Notes: a model not told the origin generated them from the sequence alone. A DNA stretch of 64,000 nt from Nitrospirales bacterium (GCA_031315915.1 JALDRK010000020.1:211-64210), one strand, 5' to 3'. Counted from the stretch's first letter, positions 18,959 through 30,933 are shown. Program-made: numbers and translations.

Positions 18959-19347
18959 ACGAATCCAGTTTCTTTATCATTATATCGGATTCTCTCTTCA
19001 TAAAAAGAGGCACCGCAATAGGGATTGCACTTAGACCTGGCTCAACGAAAAAGAAATAGGAAGGATATTCCGGGAAAAATTAAGGTTGTACTATCCAGAA
19101 ATTGGACGAACAATTTGTGGGCAAAGGACTTCTCAACTAAATTGTCATTCTGAGCCACCGGCTAAGAATCTGTGCCAGGTGGAGAAACCAGGGCCAGACG
19201 TATACTCTGTTCAGTCAACCGAATACCCACGCATTCAAGCTTTAAAGGTCTCGTCATGGCTGGAGGATAATCTTAAATGTAGAAATATGATAACTAGTGA
19301 CCACAATTCCTAATTCGATTTTCTCGGGTTCACTCTATAAGAGTTGC

Positions 19348-20522
19348 TCATCCAATCACCGCAGGGAGTGAATCGGGCGATAGGAGTTCTGGCTTAAACC
19401 TGGCTATCTCTCGTCTGACTCTCATGAAGGAACCCTGGCACCTCATTCCGTTTGCCTGATCCGATCGAAGACAGAGAGCAGCCAACCGACGTGCATGCAA
19501 CCATGCCGCGGCTTCATTCAAATCCAGCCCTGCCATGTCACCATATAAAGGGGCGGTGTCGAACAAACGAACGAAAAGAGAGCAGAGTCGTTCAAGGGTT
19601 TCAGGAAGGAACTCCTCAAGTTCTCTAAGATCGAATTGAACGGCTTGAACATTTTCCTTGAAGTGGACAATATGTTCCGGCAATAAGTCTACATAGATAC
19701 CCCGGATAGCCCGTTCAATAAGAAGATAGGCATGTACCATCTGCTCATCGCTGGTGAGCTTTGATTCCATATCAAGTGCGGCTTCCGGATAGTGGCATTC
19801 TGAAGTCAAAACACCTCGTTTGAAACAATACCTTCCGTGGTATTCAGTTTTTCCTTCTCGCTGAAAAGTGACCAAGAAGGGAAGCTCCAGCCGAGAAAAC
19901 CACCGATCATCAGGCTGATCGAAATGCTTTCGGTTCATGGCCCATAAAAGAAAATCTACCACCTGCAGACCAGGATTTTCCTTTCTTCCAATTGACGGTT
20001 TAATTCGTGGAAAGATTGCTGGCATCATAGGTAAATCCGCAACGGAATGTTCCATTGTCTGGTAGAACCTTTCGACCCAGCCTTGAGTGCTGAGGCTCCA
20101 AACTGTGGTCGAGCCTCAACACAGAGATGTACACATGTGTCCAGCGTAAGAATTCCGATGGTGTTAAGACAGAGTTCTACTTCCTGTAGGTAGGATACTG
20201 TCTGGTCTATGTTGGGGGGCACGATAGAGTATGAGTAGTGGAAGTTACCAACGATGGACGCGTTAATGCTACGACAGAAGTGACTATGACCGTTCTTACT
20301 GTCATCGCTAGCATGGAAATATTGTCTCCTAAGTGTCCGTGAGTCGCGTTTACGAAAATCGTCCTTGTGGCGGTCAGGGTCATCCTTAAGGCCCGCGAGT
20401 GCCGTAGAAACTATAGCGTGGGAAATGGGTTGCTCACACACAAGCAATCCGACTCCGACTAAACGCTTGTTTTGAGAAAGCTGGCATTCAGTTTCGTCGG
20501 CATAAACATACAAGTTTCGCAT
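19348..20522 (-). pseudogene. DUF3800-like protein split by a frameshift
   Basis: ORFs 20025..20522 (LYVYADETE N-terminus) and 19348..20055 (GLQVVDFLLWAMNRK) overlap in different frames and together resemble one DUF3800-type protein. Confidence 0.5.
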
Positions 20523-20789
20523 ATGGTTATCTCAAACAGAATATCTATTGAATAGATGGAGAAACATGAAAGCTAACTCAGTCAGCAACCTCCTGTCTGA
20601 TTGTCGTCTTGATTTACAAACTTGTCAACGCTAATTGCCGCATAGAGTACAGCAAGATCTCATAAAATTTCTCAAAGATTTTGCTGAACTCTATCCGCTT
20701 TACTAGGGCACAGATCCTTCGCCGACGGCTCAGGATGACCTACTTCATCGGAAAGGGAGTAGATGGGATATGGTTGGATGGAAATTCAT

Positions 20790-21788
20790 TTATGGATACA
20801 AGTGGCACCAGACCTGGTGGCCTTTTTCCGGCGGTCCGATCTGGGTCAAATGTGGTTCTACCGTTTTGCAGACATCCATGACATGCGGACAACGCGGATG
20901 AAACCGGCAGCCTTTGGGTGGATTGAGCGGCGACGGCACATCGCCGGGAAGGATGATCCGTTGGGACGCAGCCGTGGGATCGGGAACCGGATTGGCGGAG
21001 AGCAGCGCCTGGGTATACGGATGCTTGGGATCGGTGAATAAATCCTTGGCCGGAGCCACCTCGGCCAATTGTCCCAGATACATGACCGCGATGCGATCGG
21101 CCAGATATTGCACCACATTTAGGTCATGCGTGATGAACAAATAGGAAAGATGGAATTCCTGCTGAAGGTCACGAAGCAGATTCAAGATTTGAGCCTGGAT
21201 GGACACATCCAACGCCGAAACCGCCTCATCGCAGACAATGAATTTGGGATTGAGTGCCAGGGCGCGGGCAATGCCCACACGCTGGCGTTGGCCGCCGGAG
21301 AATTCATGCGGGTAGCGTGATTGATGTTCGGGCCGCAACCCCACACGCATGAAAAGCTGATCCACCTGATCCTGAAGAGCCTTGCCCTGGGCAATGTGAT
21401 GAATTTTCAAGGGTTCGCTGACGATGGACCCGATGGTCATTCGTGGATTGAGCGAACTGTAGGGATCTTGAAAAATGAGCTGCATACGGCGCCGCATTTG
21501 CCGCAATTCCTTCGATCGTAGCGCCAAGACATCTTTCCCCTCGAAGATGACCTCGCCCGCCGTCGGCTCCACCAATCTGAGAATGGCCCGGCCCACCGTG
21601 GTCTTCCCACACCCGGATTCCCCGACCAGCCCCAATGTTTCACCTCGATTCACGTGAAGCGTAATATCATCTACCGCCTTCACCCAGGCCGAGACACGGG
21701 AAAAGAGCCCGCTCCGGACGGGAAAATATTTTTTCAATCCTGTGACTTGGAGCAATGGTTGGGTGGACTCGGTCATGTGTACCATCAA
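20790..21788 (-). CDS. oligopeptide/dipeptide ABC transporter ATP-binding protein (OppF/DppF-type)
   Basis: Walker [10 protein letters not shown], signature FSGGQRQRV, Walker [13 protein letters not shown], and a C-terminal oligopeptide-transporter extension with Cys/His residues. Confidence 0.9.
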   Translation of the reverse strand: MMVHMTESTQPLLQVTGLKKYFPVRSGLFSRVSAWVKAVDDITLHVNRGETLGLVGESGCGKTTVGRAILRLVEPTAGEVIFEGKDVLALRSKELRQMRRRMQLIFQDPYSSLNPRMTIGSIVSEPLKIHHIAQGKALQDQVDQLFMRVGLRPEHQSRYPHEFSGGQRQRVGIARALALNPKFIVCDEAVSALDVSIQAQILNLLRDLQQEFHLSYLFITHDLNVVQYLADRIAVMYLGQLAEVAPAKDLFTDPKHPYTQALLSANPVPDPTAASQRIILPGDVPSPLNPPKGCRFHPRCPHVMDVCKTVEPHLTQIGPPEKGHQVWCHLYP

Positions 21789-21847
21789 ATCCCTAGATTA
21801 CGATGAAGCGTTTCTCTGCAACGCATAATGTCTGAAGATCGTTCGCC

Positions 21848-22829
21848 TCATGTCCGTTTTTCGTCATACAACCAACAAACGGTTTCATGCGATTCCCCGA
21901 CCCGTACCGTCGGGGGTGGCCGATGAGGACAATGCTCCATCACATCCGGACAGCGGGAGGAAAAATGACACCCGGGCGGATACTGCAGAGGAGACGGAAC
22001 CGTCCCAGGGATGGCTTCCAGCTTGGCCTGACGTTCCCCCGGCCGGGGCAGCGAGTTTAATAACGCCTTGGTATAGGGATGACTGGGGTTCCGAAATAAC
22101 TCTTTCACCGTGGCCCGCTCGGCAATTTTACTGGCATACATCACGATCACATCTCGGGAAAATTGCGCCACCACGCCCAAATTATGGGTTATCAGCAGTA
22201 TGGCCATGCCCAGATCTTTTTGAAGTTCCGCCAGCAGATCCAGAATCTGCGCCTGAATGGTCACGTCCAACGCCGTGGTCGGTTCGTCCGCAATCAACAA
22301 ATCGGGCTTACAAGCCAAGGCCATGGCAATCATCACCCGTTGCTTCATGCCACCGGACATTTCATGGGGATATTGATCGACCCGGCGTTCAGGGTCGGAG
22401 ATCCGCACTTTTCCCAGCAGACCGATGACCTCCTGTCGAATGTCGCGGTCCGAGAGGGTGGTGTGAATGTTGAGCACTTCCCCGATCTGATCGCCGATCG
22501 ACATCACCGGATTCAGCGAAGTCATGGGCTCTTGAAAGACCATACCGATGGACCTTCCTCGAATGCCCCGCATGGTCTTTCGGGAAGATCAGCAGATTCT
22601 GCCCTTTGAAACGGATCGAGCCGCCGATCACGCGACCGGGGGAAGCGATCAGGCGCATGATGGAGAGGGCCGCGACGGACTTTCCGCACCCCGACTCTCC
22701 CACCAAGGCGAGCGTTTGCCCGGCATGGATGAAAAGCTACATCATCGACGGCTTTAATTTTCCTTTGTCGGTAAAGAAGGAAGTCCGCAGGTTGGAGACG
22801 TGGAGCAGTGGGTGCACGCGGGATTCCAT
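21848..22829 (-). pseudogene. oligopeptide/dipeptide ABC transporter ATP-binding protein (OppD/DppD-type) with three frameshifts
   Basis: The N-terminus (MESRVHPLLHVSNLRTSFFTDKGK), the Walker A piece ([13 protein letters not shown] 22389..22706) and the C-terminal 241 aa (ORF 21848..22573) lie in different frames. The shifts map to runs at 22758-22761, 22732-22735 and 22578-22580. Confidence 0.75.
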
Positions 22830-22883
22830 CTATCGACTTCGCAATTTGGGGTTTAAGGCCTCCCGCAGACCTTTCCCACCAGG

Positions 22884-23819
22884 TTAAAGGCCAGAACGAC
22901 GATAAAAATCGCCAGGGCTGGAATGAAAATAACCGGGGGCGTCAAACACAAACCCCTTCCCATCCGAGAGGATATTGCCCCATGTCGCATAAGGCGGAGG
23001 GACACCAAAACCTAAAAAACTTAATCCTGACTCCGTTAAAATAGCCGTCGCCACACCGATGGTCGCCGAGACGAACACCGGGGCCAGCGCATTCGGCACC
23101 ATATGGCGAAAAATAATCCGGCCCTCAGGTATCCCGAGGGCTTTTGCGGCCGTCACATAATCCTGCTCACGAATGGACAAGAATTCGGCCCGGACAAACC
23201 GGGCCGTTCCCATCCAACTGAATAAGCCGATAATGATCATGATGGTATAAATGCTGGGCGGGAGAAGGGCGACAGCAGTTAGAATGAGGAAAAACGTGGG
23301 GAAGCACATCATGGCATCGGTAAACCGCATGATCAGAGTATCCACCGTGATAAACCATAATTTGACGTGCCCGTAAAAACCGGACAGTCCTCCCAGGAGG
23401 ATGCCAATACCCAGAGAAATGCCGACGGCGACAAATCCGATGGACAGGGAGACAAACGAGCCCTGGAACATCCTGGCAAACACATCCCGCCCCAGTTCGT
23501 CTGTGCCCATAAGATACACGCCGGCAAACGGGCGATCTGCCGGGATGCTGTCCGGAGAAGGCACAGAAAGCGGAGGAAGAAATTTATCGGTGAGACGGAC
23601 TACCTGAGGATCGAAGACCACCCACCATTCCGTCAACGCCTTCCCGGCCAATGCCGTGATTAACAGGAGGACCAACACCAAAAATCCCAGCAAGGCCTGA
23701 TAATCTTTTTTAAAGATTCTGAGAAATTCCTCCCAAGGAGTTTCCGGGGGAGCCAGACCTTCGGCATCCAAATTCACCGCTCCTGCGTTGCGTGGAACAT
23801 TTGGTTTCGCTTGATCCAT
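22884..23819 (-). CDS. ABC transporter permease (OppC/DppC-type)
   Basis: 311 aa, multi-TM, with a BPD-transport EAA-like region (AAKALGIPEGRIIFRHMVPNA). Confidence 0.9.
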   Translation of the reverse strand: MDQAKPNVPRNAGAVNLDAEGLAPPETPWEEFLRIFKKDYQALLGFLVLVLLLITALAGKALTEWWVVFDPQVVRLTDKFLPPLSVPSPDSIPADRPFAGVYLMGTDELGRDVFARMFQGSFVSLSIGFVAVGISLGIGILLGGLSGFYGHVKLWFITVDTLIMRFTDAMMCFPTFFLILTAVALLPPSIYTIMIIIGLFSWMGTARFVRAEFLSIREQDYVTAAKALGIPEGRIIFRHMVPNALAPVFVSATIGVATAILTESGLSFLGFGVPPPYATWGNILSDGKGFVFDAPGYFHSSPGDFYRRSGL

Positions 23820-23844
23820 AAATGAACTTTTTGAACGCTCTCGT

Positions 23845-24807
23845 TTAATGCAAGCGGATTCTCGGATCCACCACCGCGTACAGAATATCCGAGAGAAGTG
23901 TTCCCAACAACGTCAACACCGCCACGATAAAATTCAAGGTCATAATGATCGGAAAATCCCGTGCGAGAATGGCTTCAAAAGCCAACCGCCCCAATCCCGG
24001 CCAGGCAAAAATCTGTTCAAAGATGACGGAGCCGCCAATCAAGCCAGGAAGCAGAAGGCCGAACATCGTCACAAACGGCAACAGGGCATTTCCCAGCGCA
24101 TGTCCATAAATGACCGTATCCTCCTTCAGACCTTTCGCCCGGGCTGTCCGGACATAATCCTGCCCCAACACTTCCAGCATCTGTGACCGGACATATCGGG
24201 ACAATATGGCGATGCCCCCTATCGCCGCCATGATCGAGGGAATCACCAAATGCCAGACCCGATCCATCGCCTGGTAGATTGGCTCGGCATGTTCCATCCC
24301 GAATGTTTTGATGCTGATCACTGGAACCCCGAACCAACCCACGACCCATAAAATAGCTAAAAAGGACAGAAAAAACCCCGGCACGGAAATCAACGCGTAC
24401 GATGAAAACACGGTCAATCGGTCATACGCTCCCCCTCGATGCACGGCTCCGTAAATCCCGGTCGGAAAAGCCCACGTCCAGATCAAAATGGTGGCCAGAA
24501 TAAACAACGGCAGGGAATTGAGGAATCGATCCCAGATTTTCGGAAGCACCGGCTGACTATCCTTGAACGACTTCAATTCACCTGTGGCTAAATCCCGAAC
24601 CCAATAGACATATTGCATATACAGCGGATCATCCAAATGAAAAGCCGCCCGAATTTTGGCGATATCTTCCGGCTTCATTCGGGGATTCATGGGGTCTACT
24701 TCGCTGGGCTCTCCCGGTGCCAAATGAATAAACGAGTGCGCCAGAAAGGACACAATGACCAGCAGGATCAACCGTTGCGCCACGTTACGAATAATAAAAT
24801 TCCACAT
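23845..24807 (-). CDS. ABC transporter permease (OppB/DppB-type)
   Basis: 320 aa with MWNFIIRNVAQRLILL... and TARAKGLKEDTVIYGHALGNALLP. Confidence 0.9.
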   Translation of the reverse strand: MWNFIIRNVAQRLILLVIVSFLAHSFIHLAPGEPSEVDPMNPRMKPEDIAKIRAAFHLDDPLYMQYVYWVRDLATGELKSFKDSQPVLPKIWDRFLNSLPLFILATILIWTWAFPTGIYGAVHRGGAYDRLTVFSSYALISVPGFFLSFLAILWVVGWFGVPVISIKTFGMEHAEPIYQAMDRVWHLVIPSIMAAIGGIAILSRYVRSQMLEVLGQDYVRTARAKGLKEDTVIYGHALGNALLPFVTMFGLLLPGLIGGSVIFEQIFAWPGLGRLAFEAILARDFPIIMTLNFIVAVLTLLGTLLSDILYAVVDPRIRLH

Positions 24808-24849
24808 ACTCGGTCACGTATCAAAGAACATCCGGCTTCGCTTCATCCC

Positions 24850-26982
24850 CTAAAAATTGGGCGTAAATTCGAGTTTTCGCCATTTATGGAAATAGAAGGT
24901 GATGTCGCCGCTCTTGATGGGAAATATCTTTTTATACTCTTCTTGTCCATCCGGACCTTCTTCAACCAGCACGATTTTCTTATCCAGGACCCGCGTACTG
25001 AGCGGTGCATACAGAAAGGTATAGGGTTGATCCTCATGAATCAATCTGTGCAGTTCATGCGTCAATTGTTCTTGCCGATCTCTATCGTATTCTTGCCGGA
25101 TCCGGACGATGATTTCGTCCACTCGTGGATTGTTGTATCCCACAAAATTCAGTTGTTGCGGACCGGCTTGGCTGGAATGCCAAATCTGATACAGATCGGG
25201 ATCGATGGTCATGCCCCAACCCAACACCACGGCATCGAAATCTCCCGTATTCACAAAATCGTTGAGAAACACGGCCCACTCGAATACCTGGGTATTGGCT
25301 TTGACGCCGATTTTTTTCCAGGCATTCTGCGCAATGGTCATGAGGTTTTTTCTGATCGGGTTCCCGTTGTTCGTAATGAGATTAAACTCGAAAATCTTTC
25401 CATTCTTTTCGAGCCACCCATCGGCATTCATCTTCCATCCGGCACTTTCCAAGATGTCGCGTGCCCCTTGAGGATCATACGGCAACGGTTGGATAGACGG
25501 ATCGTACCATTCCGTATTTTTGGGATAGGGGCCGGTCGTCCGTTCTCCTTCGCCATACACGAGATACTCGATAATCTCATCGACATTAATCGCCATCCCC
25601 AAGGCCGTACGGATCATCGGTTCGGCAAATAACGGCTTTCGATTGTTGTAGCCAATGTAGGTATAGGCAAAAGCCAGACTGCTAAACCATTGGTAGGTAG
25701 GATCGTTTTTATAGCGGTTCACCTGATGAGGCTGAGCGCCATAAAGATCGACGGCTCCCGTGCGAAATTCCACTTCCTGGGTGAACAGTTCGGGAATAAT
25801 GCGCATATAAAAATCCTGATATTGCGCCGGGCCCTCCCAATAGTCCTCAAACCGGCGAAGATGAATAAATTCATCCCCCTGCCATTCGATAAACTGAAAG
25901 GTTCCGCTGCCGATAGGATGCCTGTTGAATTGGCTCTCCCGCATGCCGAACGTTTTTTGTGCCTCCTCCGATAATCCGCGTTTCTCTTTCTCAAGGGTCA
26001 AGGCCGCTTCATTGAGCAGATGCTCCGGTAAAATTCCCATGGTCCAGGCATTGATGGCCGGGGAATACAGCCGTTTGTACACGATTCTTACCGTGAAAGG
26101 ATCGAGAATTTCGACGTGCTTAATCGGCTCGAAGTCAGGCGTTCGGGGAGATAAATTTTTTGGATTCATGATGGATTCATAGGTAAACTTCACATCTCCG
26201 GCATCGAATACGTGACCATCATGAAATTTCACCCCCTGGCGGAGGCGAAACAATATGGTGGGGTTATGCTCCCCAGCCGGCAAAATCTCAGGATATTTTT
26301 TCTTGAGCGACGCCTCTACCTCCTGATCAACCGTTTCTTGAGGATGAATAAATTCCTCATACGGGAAATGTTCGAAGTAGCGTTCGCCCAAAACCGGGGT
26401 GAGGCGATTGAAGAGATCCTGGTCAACCTGTGTGAGGTAAAAGGCCACTCGTTCGGGAACCTCGACCCTCAGCGGAATTTCCACAATACGAGGCTTCCCT
26501 TGTTCATCCAAAAGTACAATGGAAACCTTTTCCATCCGTTGACCGGCGGGAAGTAATTCCGGGGGCCGCGTCATGCCGGGCATCTCCTGGATGAGTCCGG
26601 CCTTCAGAGCCTGCGTGATCCGCTGGAATAATTGCGGTCCGGTCACCTCATGTCCATCTGGAAACCGATGATGAGGGTTCACCAGGAGATAGGCGCCCTC
26701 CGTAATACTCCACTCCGTCGCCAGGCGTCCACGAAGATTCAAGTTTTCATCCAAATCCAACAGGCCCTCGAAAACCCGGCTCACAATATTAGAACTGGCA
26801 GCATCCGCATTCAAAATCGGATTCAGAATTTTGGCGTCTCCGATCGACGCCTCAATATACGTGCGGAGACGACCCGGATTACCGACGGATTGACTTTCGT
26901 ATGTGGGCACCCAAAAAAATGATTGCAGGAGAAACAAGACCAGAACGAGAGGAATGAGAAGCAGGAGGCGTTTAGTCAACAT
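24850..26982 (-). CDS. ABC transporter substrate-binding protein, family 5 (peptide/nickel type), unusually long
   Basis: ORF 24850..27102. Start moved to MLTKRLLLLIPLVLVLFLLQ (signal/anchor). Family-5 SBP features run throughout. Confidence 0.85.
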   Translation of the reverse strand: MLTKRLLLLIPLVLVLFLLQSFFWVPTYESQSVGNPGRLRTYIEASIGDAKILNPILNADAASSNIVSRVFEGLLDLDENLNLRGRLATEWSITEGAYLLVNPHHRFPDGHEVTGPQLFQRITQALKAGLIQEMPGMTRPPELLPAGQRMEKVSIVLLDEQGKPRIVEIPLRVEVPERVAFYLTQVDQDLFNRLTPVLGERYFEHFPYEEFIHPQETVDQEVEASLKKKYPEILPAGEHNPTILFRLRQGVKFHDGHVFDAGDVKFTYESIMNPKNLSPRTPDFEPIKHVEILDPFTVRIVYKRLYSPAINAWTMGILPEHLLNEAALTLEKEKRGLSEEAQKTFGMRESQFNRHPIGSGTFQFIEWQGDEFIHLRRFEDYWEGPAQYQDFYMRIIPELFTQEVEFRTGAVDLYGAQPHQVNRYKNDPTYQWFSSLAFAYTYIGYNNRKPLFAEPMIRTALGMAINVDEIIEYLVYGEGERTTGPYPKNTEWYDPSIQPLPYDPQGARDILESAGWKMNADGWLEKNGKIFEFNLITNNGNPIRKNLMTIAQNAWKKIGVKANTQVFEWAVFLNDFVNTGDFDAVVLGWGMTIDPDLYQIWHSSQAGPQQLNFVGYNNPRVDEIIVRIRQEYDRDRQEQLTHELHRLIHEDQPYTFLYAPLSTRVLDKKIVLVEEGPDGQEEYKKIFPIKSGDITFYFHKWRKLEFTPNF

Positions 26983-27414
26983 GGTACAAAAAAATGTTAA
27001 TGAAGAACACTCCATGGTATCAAGAACTTGGGGTGGATGCCATCCCGACCTACTGGGTATAGTCCCTGACATCTGGAAGGGGTTCTGTAAAGAGGTTGTC
27101 AAAGATGCCGACCACGATTTTTTCCGTTATCTGCCTTGAAGTCTTTTTTCTGTTTCGTTAGACTCGCCGTTCCTTTCCTTTTACTTTTCATAAACCGGTG
27201 CGGCAGTGAATAACTCATCGTTTTCCCCTTCCAGGTTATTAGTGTGTCCATCTGACTGGCGCCGATGGCCTTCCGTCATGTGCTCGGATTCACTCTCCAT
27301 TCATTACTGTTTCCAGAGGGTCTCTTTCATTCATTCGGTATTATCTCACGGTTCGACCCTTTCCCATCCGATCGGGACACCCACTCTGGTTCAGGTTATG
27401 AAGGAGGGAGCTCT

Positions 27415-29385
27415 ATGGATCCACAGAGGATTCCGCGCACTATCCTCATTATCGATGACCATCAAGGTCTCATCGCGCTGATTCAACGCTGCCTTTCTCG
27501 GGAAGGCTATCACACGGTCGTGGCATATAGCGGACAACAGGCGTTGTCCTGGCTGTCCACCCAAAAGGCCGATCTTCTTCTCCTCGATCTCCATCTCTCC
27601 GATATGCATGGGGAGGAACTCCTCCTTCAACTGAAAGCCCGAAACCAACAGATTCCGTTCATTGTCATTACCGGACAAGGCGATGAACGCCTGGCGGTCA
27701 AGATGATGAAACAGGGCGCCAGAGACTATTTCATCAAAGACAGTTCGCTGCCCAGCCTGCTGCCGTCCATCGTGGCGCAGACCTTTGAACAAATCCGTCA
27801 AGAACAACGGCTGGCCGAAATGGAAGAGACCCTCCATACGGAACAGAAACGATCTGCCGTCACGCTGGCTTCCATTGAGGAAGGCGTCTTCACCACAGAC
27901 CGCGACGGACGCATTACCTATATGAACCGGATGGCGGAAGATCTCACCGGCTACCAGCCTGTGGAGGCCTTAGGGCAACCCATTGAAGGGATCGTGCAAT
28001 TTGTCGGTTCCGGCTCCAAACCGGTGGAACGGCATCCCGTTTATCAGGTGTTAGAAAATGGGAAACCGCTTCAACCCATCGATCATCAGATGATTCGGCA
28101 GGCGACCCTTCGGGAGCGACCGGTAGCCTATAGCGCCTCGCCCATTCGATGCAAGAAAGAGCGGATATTGGGAGTGGTTCTGGTGCTCCGGGATATGACG
28201 GAGCGTGTGAAACTGGATCAAGAATTGTTAAAGGCCAGTAAATTGGAATCCTTAGGTCTCCTGGCCGGTGGCATTGCCCATGATTTCAATAACCTGCTCA
28301 CCGCCATATTGGGGAATCTCTCTATTTCGAGAAATTGGGCGAATACGCCGGAGACTCTCGACAAATTTTTATCGGAAGCGGAGCAGGCTTCCCTTCGGGC
28401 CAAGAGCCTGACACAGCAACTGCTCACATTTGCCAAAGGGAGTAGCCCCTTTAAAAAACCCCTGAACCTTCGCCTCTTGCTCAGAGAAACCGCGACATTC
28501 GCCCTGCGCGGTTCTTCCACTCGCTGCGAATTTGACCTTCCGGAAGATTTGTGGACGGTTCATGCCGATGAAGGACAAATCAGCCAAGTCATTCATAGTT
28601 TGGCCCTGAATGCCCATCAGGCCATGTCCGAAGAGGGAACCGTGACCATCAAAGGTGAAAATATGGAGATGTCGGTCGACGGCATCACACCGTTGGCCTT
28701 GTCCATCCCAGGCCCCTACCTCAAAATCCAGTTCATCGACCACGGCAGCGGAATTCCCGAAGCCATCCTCCCGAAAATCTTTGATCCGTATTTTTCCACC
28801 AAAGCCCACGGAAGCGGGTTGGGATTAAGCACAGCGTATTCCGTCATCAAAAATCACCATGGAACGATTTTAGTCTCATCCCTTCCGGGAGAAGGCACCA
28901 CCATAACCATCTACCTTCCGGCTCAAATCAAGAGGCCCAAAACGGACAAGGTTCCGAATTCCCTCACTCGCGGCGAAGGGAAAATTCTCATCATGGATGA
29001 TGAACCATCCATTCGCGCCCTGGTCTGTCAAATGTTGGGGTTTTTGGGCTATGAAGTCCATTCCGCATCCGATGGCCAGGAAGCCATCAAACTCTATGCA
29101 GAAGCCCGAAATACACCACGACCGTTTTCGGCAGTCATTTTGGATTTGACGGTCCCAGGCCGGATGGGAGGCAAGGAGACATTGAATCGGCTGAAGCAAT
29201 TGGACCCAGAAGTCAGAGCCATCGTGGCCAGCGGATATTCAAATGAGATGAATCTTTCACATTATTCGGCCTATGGTTTTTTGGGGGCGGTTTCCAAACC
29301 CTTTCACTTTTCCGACCTCAGCCAGATTCTCCGTCAGATCACTCAAGATGCGGAGCCTTCATTCCCCCTTCCATCAACGGGGTAG
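27415..29385 (+). CDS. hybrid sensor histidine kinase (REC-PAS-HisKA-HATPase-REC)
   Basis: ATG 27415 follows AAGGAGGG. Contains ILIIDDHQG...LLLLDLHLSDM, a PAS region (GVFTTDRDGRITYMN), an H-box (IAHDFNNLL), GSGLGLS and a second REC (ILIMDDEP...ILDLTVPG). Confidence 0.85.
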   Translation: MDPQRIPRTILIIDDHQGLIALIQRCLSREGYHTVVAYSGQQALSWLSTQKADLLLLDLHLSDMHGEELLLQLKARNQQIPFIVITGQGDERLAVKMMKQGARDYFIKDSSLPSLLPSIVAQTFEQIRQEQRLAEMEETLHTEQKRSAVTLASIEEGVFTTDRDGRITYMNRMAEDLTGYQPVEALGQPIEGIVQFVGSGSKPVERHPVYQVLENGKPLQPIDHQMIRQATLRERPVAYSASPIRCKKERILGVVLVLRDMTERVKLDQELLKASKLESLGLLAGGIAHDFNNLLTAILGNLSISRNWANTPETLDKFLSEAEQASLRAKSLTQQLLTFAKGSSPFKKPLNLRLLLRETATFALRGSSTRCEFDLPEDLWTVHADEGQISQVIHSLALNAHQAMSEEGTVTIKGENMEMSVDGITPLALSIPGPYLKIQFIDHGSGIPEAILPKIFDPYFSTKAHGSGLGLSTAYSVIKNHHGTILVSSLPGEGTTITIYLPAQIKRPKTDKVPNSLTRGEGKILIMDDEPSIRALVCQMLGFLGYEVHSASDGQEAIKLYAEARNTPRPFSAVILDLTVPGRMGGKETLNRLKQLDPEVRAIVASGYSNEMNLSHYSAYGFLGAVSKPFHFSDLSQILRQITQDAEPSFPLPSTG

Positions 29386-29446
29386 TGCCCATGTTCCATG
29401 CGAGGGTCTGGAGATGACCTTGCTAAGGAGCATGTTGGGTTCGGTC

Positions 29447-29752
29447 TTAAAGTTCGACCTGGATTTCTCCGCCTTCAACCCTGGCCGGATACACTTTCAC
29501 ATGCCCGGACGGATTATTCACGCAGTGCCCCGTTTTCACATTATATTCCCACCCATGCCAGGGGCACGACACCACATCGCCATCCAGATCACCCTCACCT
29601 AACGGGCCTCCCCGATGCACACACGTATTATCAATCACGTGAAACGCCCCACCGACGTTGAACACTGCCAGACATTTCCCCTGGCTCTCCACAACAATTC
29701 CTTTGCCTTCCTCCACTTCCTCCGTTTTCGTAATGCCAACCCACTCAGCCAT
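29447..29752 (-). CDS. small Rieske [2Fe-2S] protein (NirD-like)
   Basis: CVHRGGPL-x15-CPWHGWEY Rieske motif in 101 aa. Confidence 0.85.
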   Translation of the reverse strand: MAEWVGITKTEEVEEGKGIVVESQGKCLAVFNVGGAFHVIDNTCVHRGGPLGEGDLDGDVVSCPWHGWEYNVKTGHCVNNPSGHVKVYPARVEGGEIQVEL

Positions 29753-29788
29753 CCCAACCCCTCCTTTTTGTCTTTATCGATTTGTTTT

Positions 29789-30694
29789 TCAATGTTTCTT
29801 TAATGGATCTTTAATTTTTTTCAACAGATTAGCCATGGAGGATGCTTCGCCACCCTGTCCTTGTTCGGCTTGGATCAGTTGGTCTGCCAGAGTTTTGGCA
29901 ATCTGCATAAATGCCTGGGATTGAGGAGACGACGGATTATTCGTCATAATCGGATTCCCGGCATCGCCCGATTCCCGGATCGCCTGGTCGATCGGAATCC
30001 GTCCCAGGAACGGAACGGAAAACTTCTCCGCAGCCCGTTCGCCGCCGCCAAAGGAAAATATTTCACTCCGCTCCCCACAATGGCCGCACACAAAGAAGCT
30101 CATATTTTCGATCACTCCCAATAAGGGGACGTTCACTTTTTTAAACATCATCATCCCTTTTCGCACATCGGATAGCGCGACCTCTTGTGGCGTCGTCACT
30201 GTAATGGCCCCCGTCAACGGCACCAATTGCGACAAGGTCAACGGAACGTCCCCTGTTCCCGGAGGTAAGTCTATCAGCAGAAAATCCAACTCTCCCCAAT
30301 TGACATCCCGAAAAAACTGTTGAATGGCGCCATGCACCATCGGTCCGCGCCAAACCACCGGAGTTTCCTCCGGAACGAAAAATCCCATGGACATCACCTT
30401 GACTCCCTGTCCATCAGCCGGATGAATTCTTTCTCCCTCTTTCACCGGCGGCACCGTGATACCCATCATCATGGGAATATTAGGACCGTAAATGTCAGCA
30501 TCCATCAACCCTACCGCAAACCCCAATTGGCGAAGAGCCACTGAGAGATTGACGGTCACCGTGGACTTCCCCACTCCTCCTTTTCCACTACTTACCGCGA
30601 TAATGTGCTTGACCCCAGGTAAGCTATGTCCTTCTTGATGGCCCGGAGAGGCTTCAGTTTGCCCCGTGGCCTTCTGTGAATCGTGCTCAGCCAT
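29789..30694 (-). CDS. apbC: Mrp/ApbC/NBP35-family Fe-S cluster carrier ATPase
   Basis: SSGKGGVGKST deviant Walker A, DLPPGTGD and CGHCG motifs. Confidence 0.9.
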   Translation of the reverse strand: MAEHDSQKATGQTEASPGHQEGHSLPGVKHIIAVSSGKGGVGKSTVTVNLSVALRQLGFAVGLMDADIYGPNIPMMMGITVPPVKEGERIHPADGQGVKVMSMGFFVPEETPVVWRGPMVHGAIQQFFRDVNWGELDFLLIDLPPGTGDVPLTLSQLVPLTGAITVTTPQEVALSDVRKGMMMFKKVNVPLLGVIENMSFFVCGHCGERSEIFSFGGGERAAEKFSVPFLGRIPIDQAIRESGDAGNPIMTNNPSSPQSQAFMQIAKTLADQLIQAEQGQGGEASSMANLLKKIKDPLKKH

Positions 30695-30933
30695 ATTTCA
30701 TCTCCTTTTAAACGTAAATTGATTTCAGAGTCGAATGAACCACCCCTTCGATTAAAAAAAAAGAGGCATGCGCCTCGGAATCCCGAAACAGCATGCCATT
30801 CTTTTTACAAATCCAGCAACCCTTTTCGTGGGAGCCGTCGGTGTGAACAACTCACCTCTGAAGGGAGGAAAATTCAAAAACCCGCTCTATATAATCATAA
30901 ACTGTGGAATTTTCTTTGCCCTATCTCGAAACC

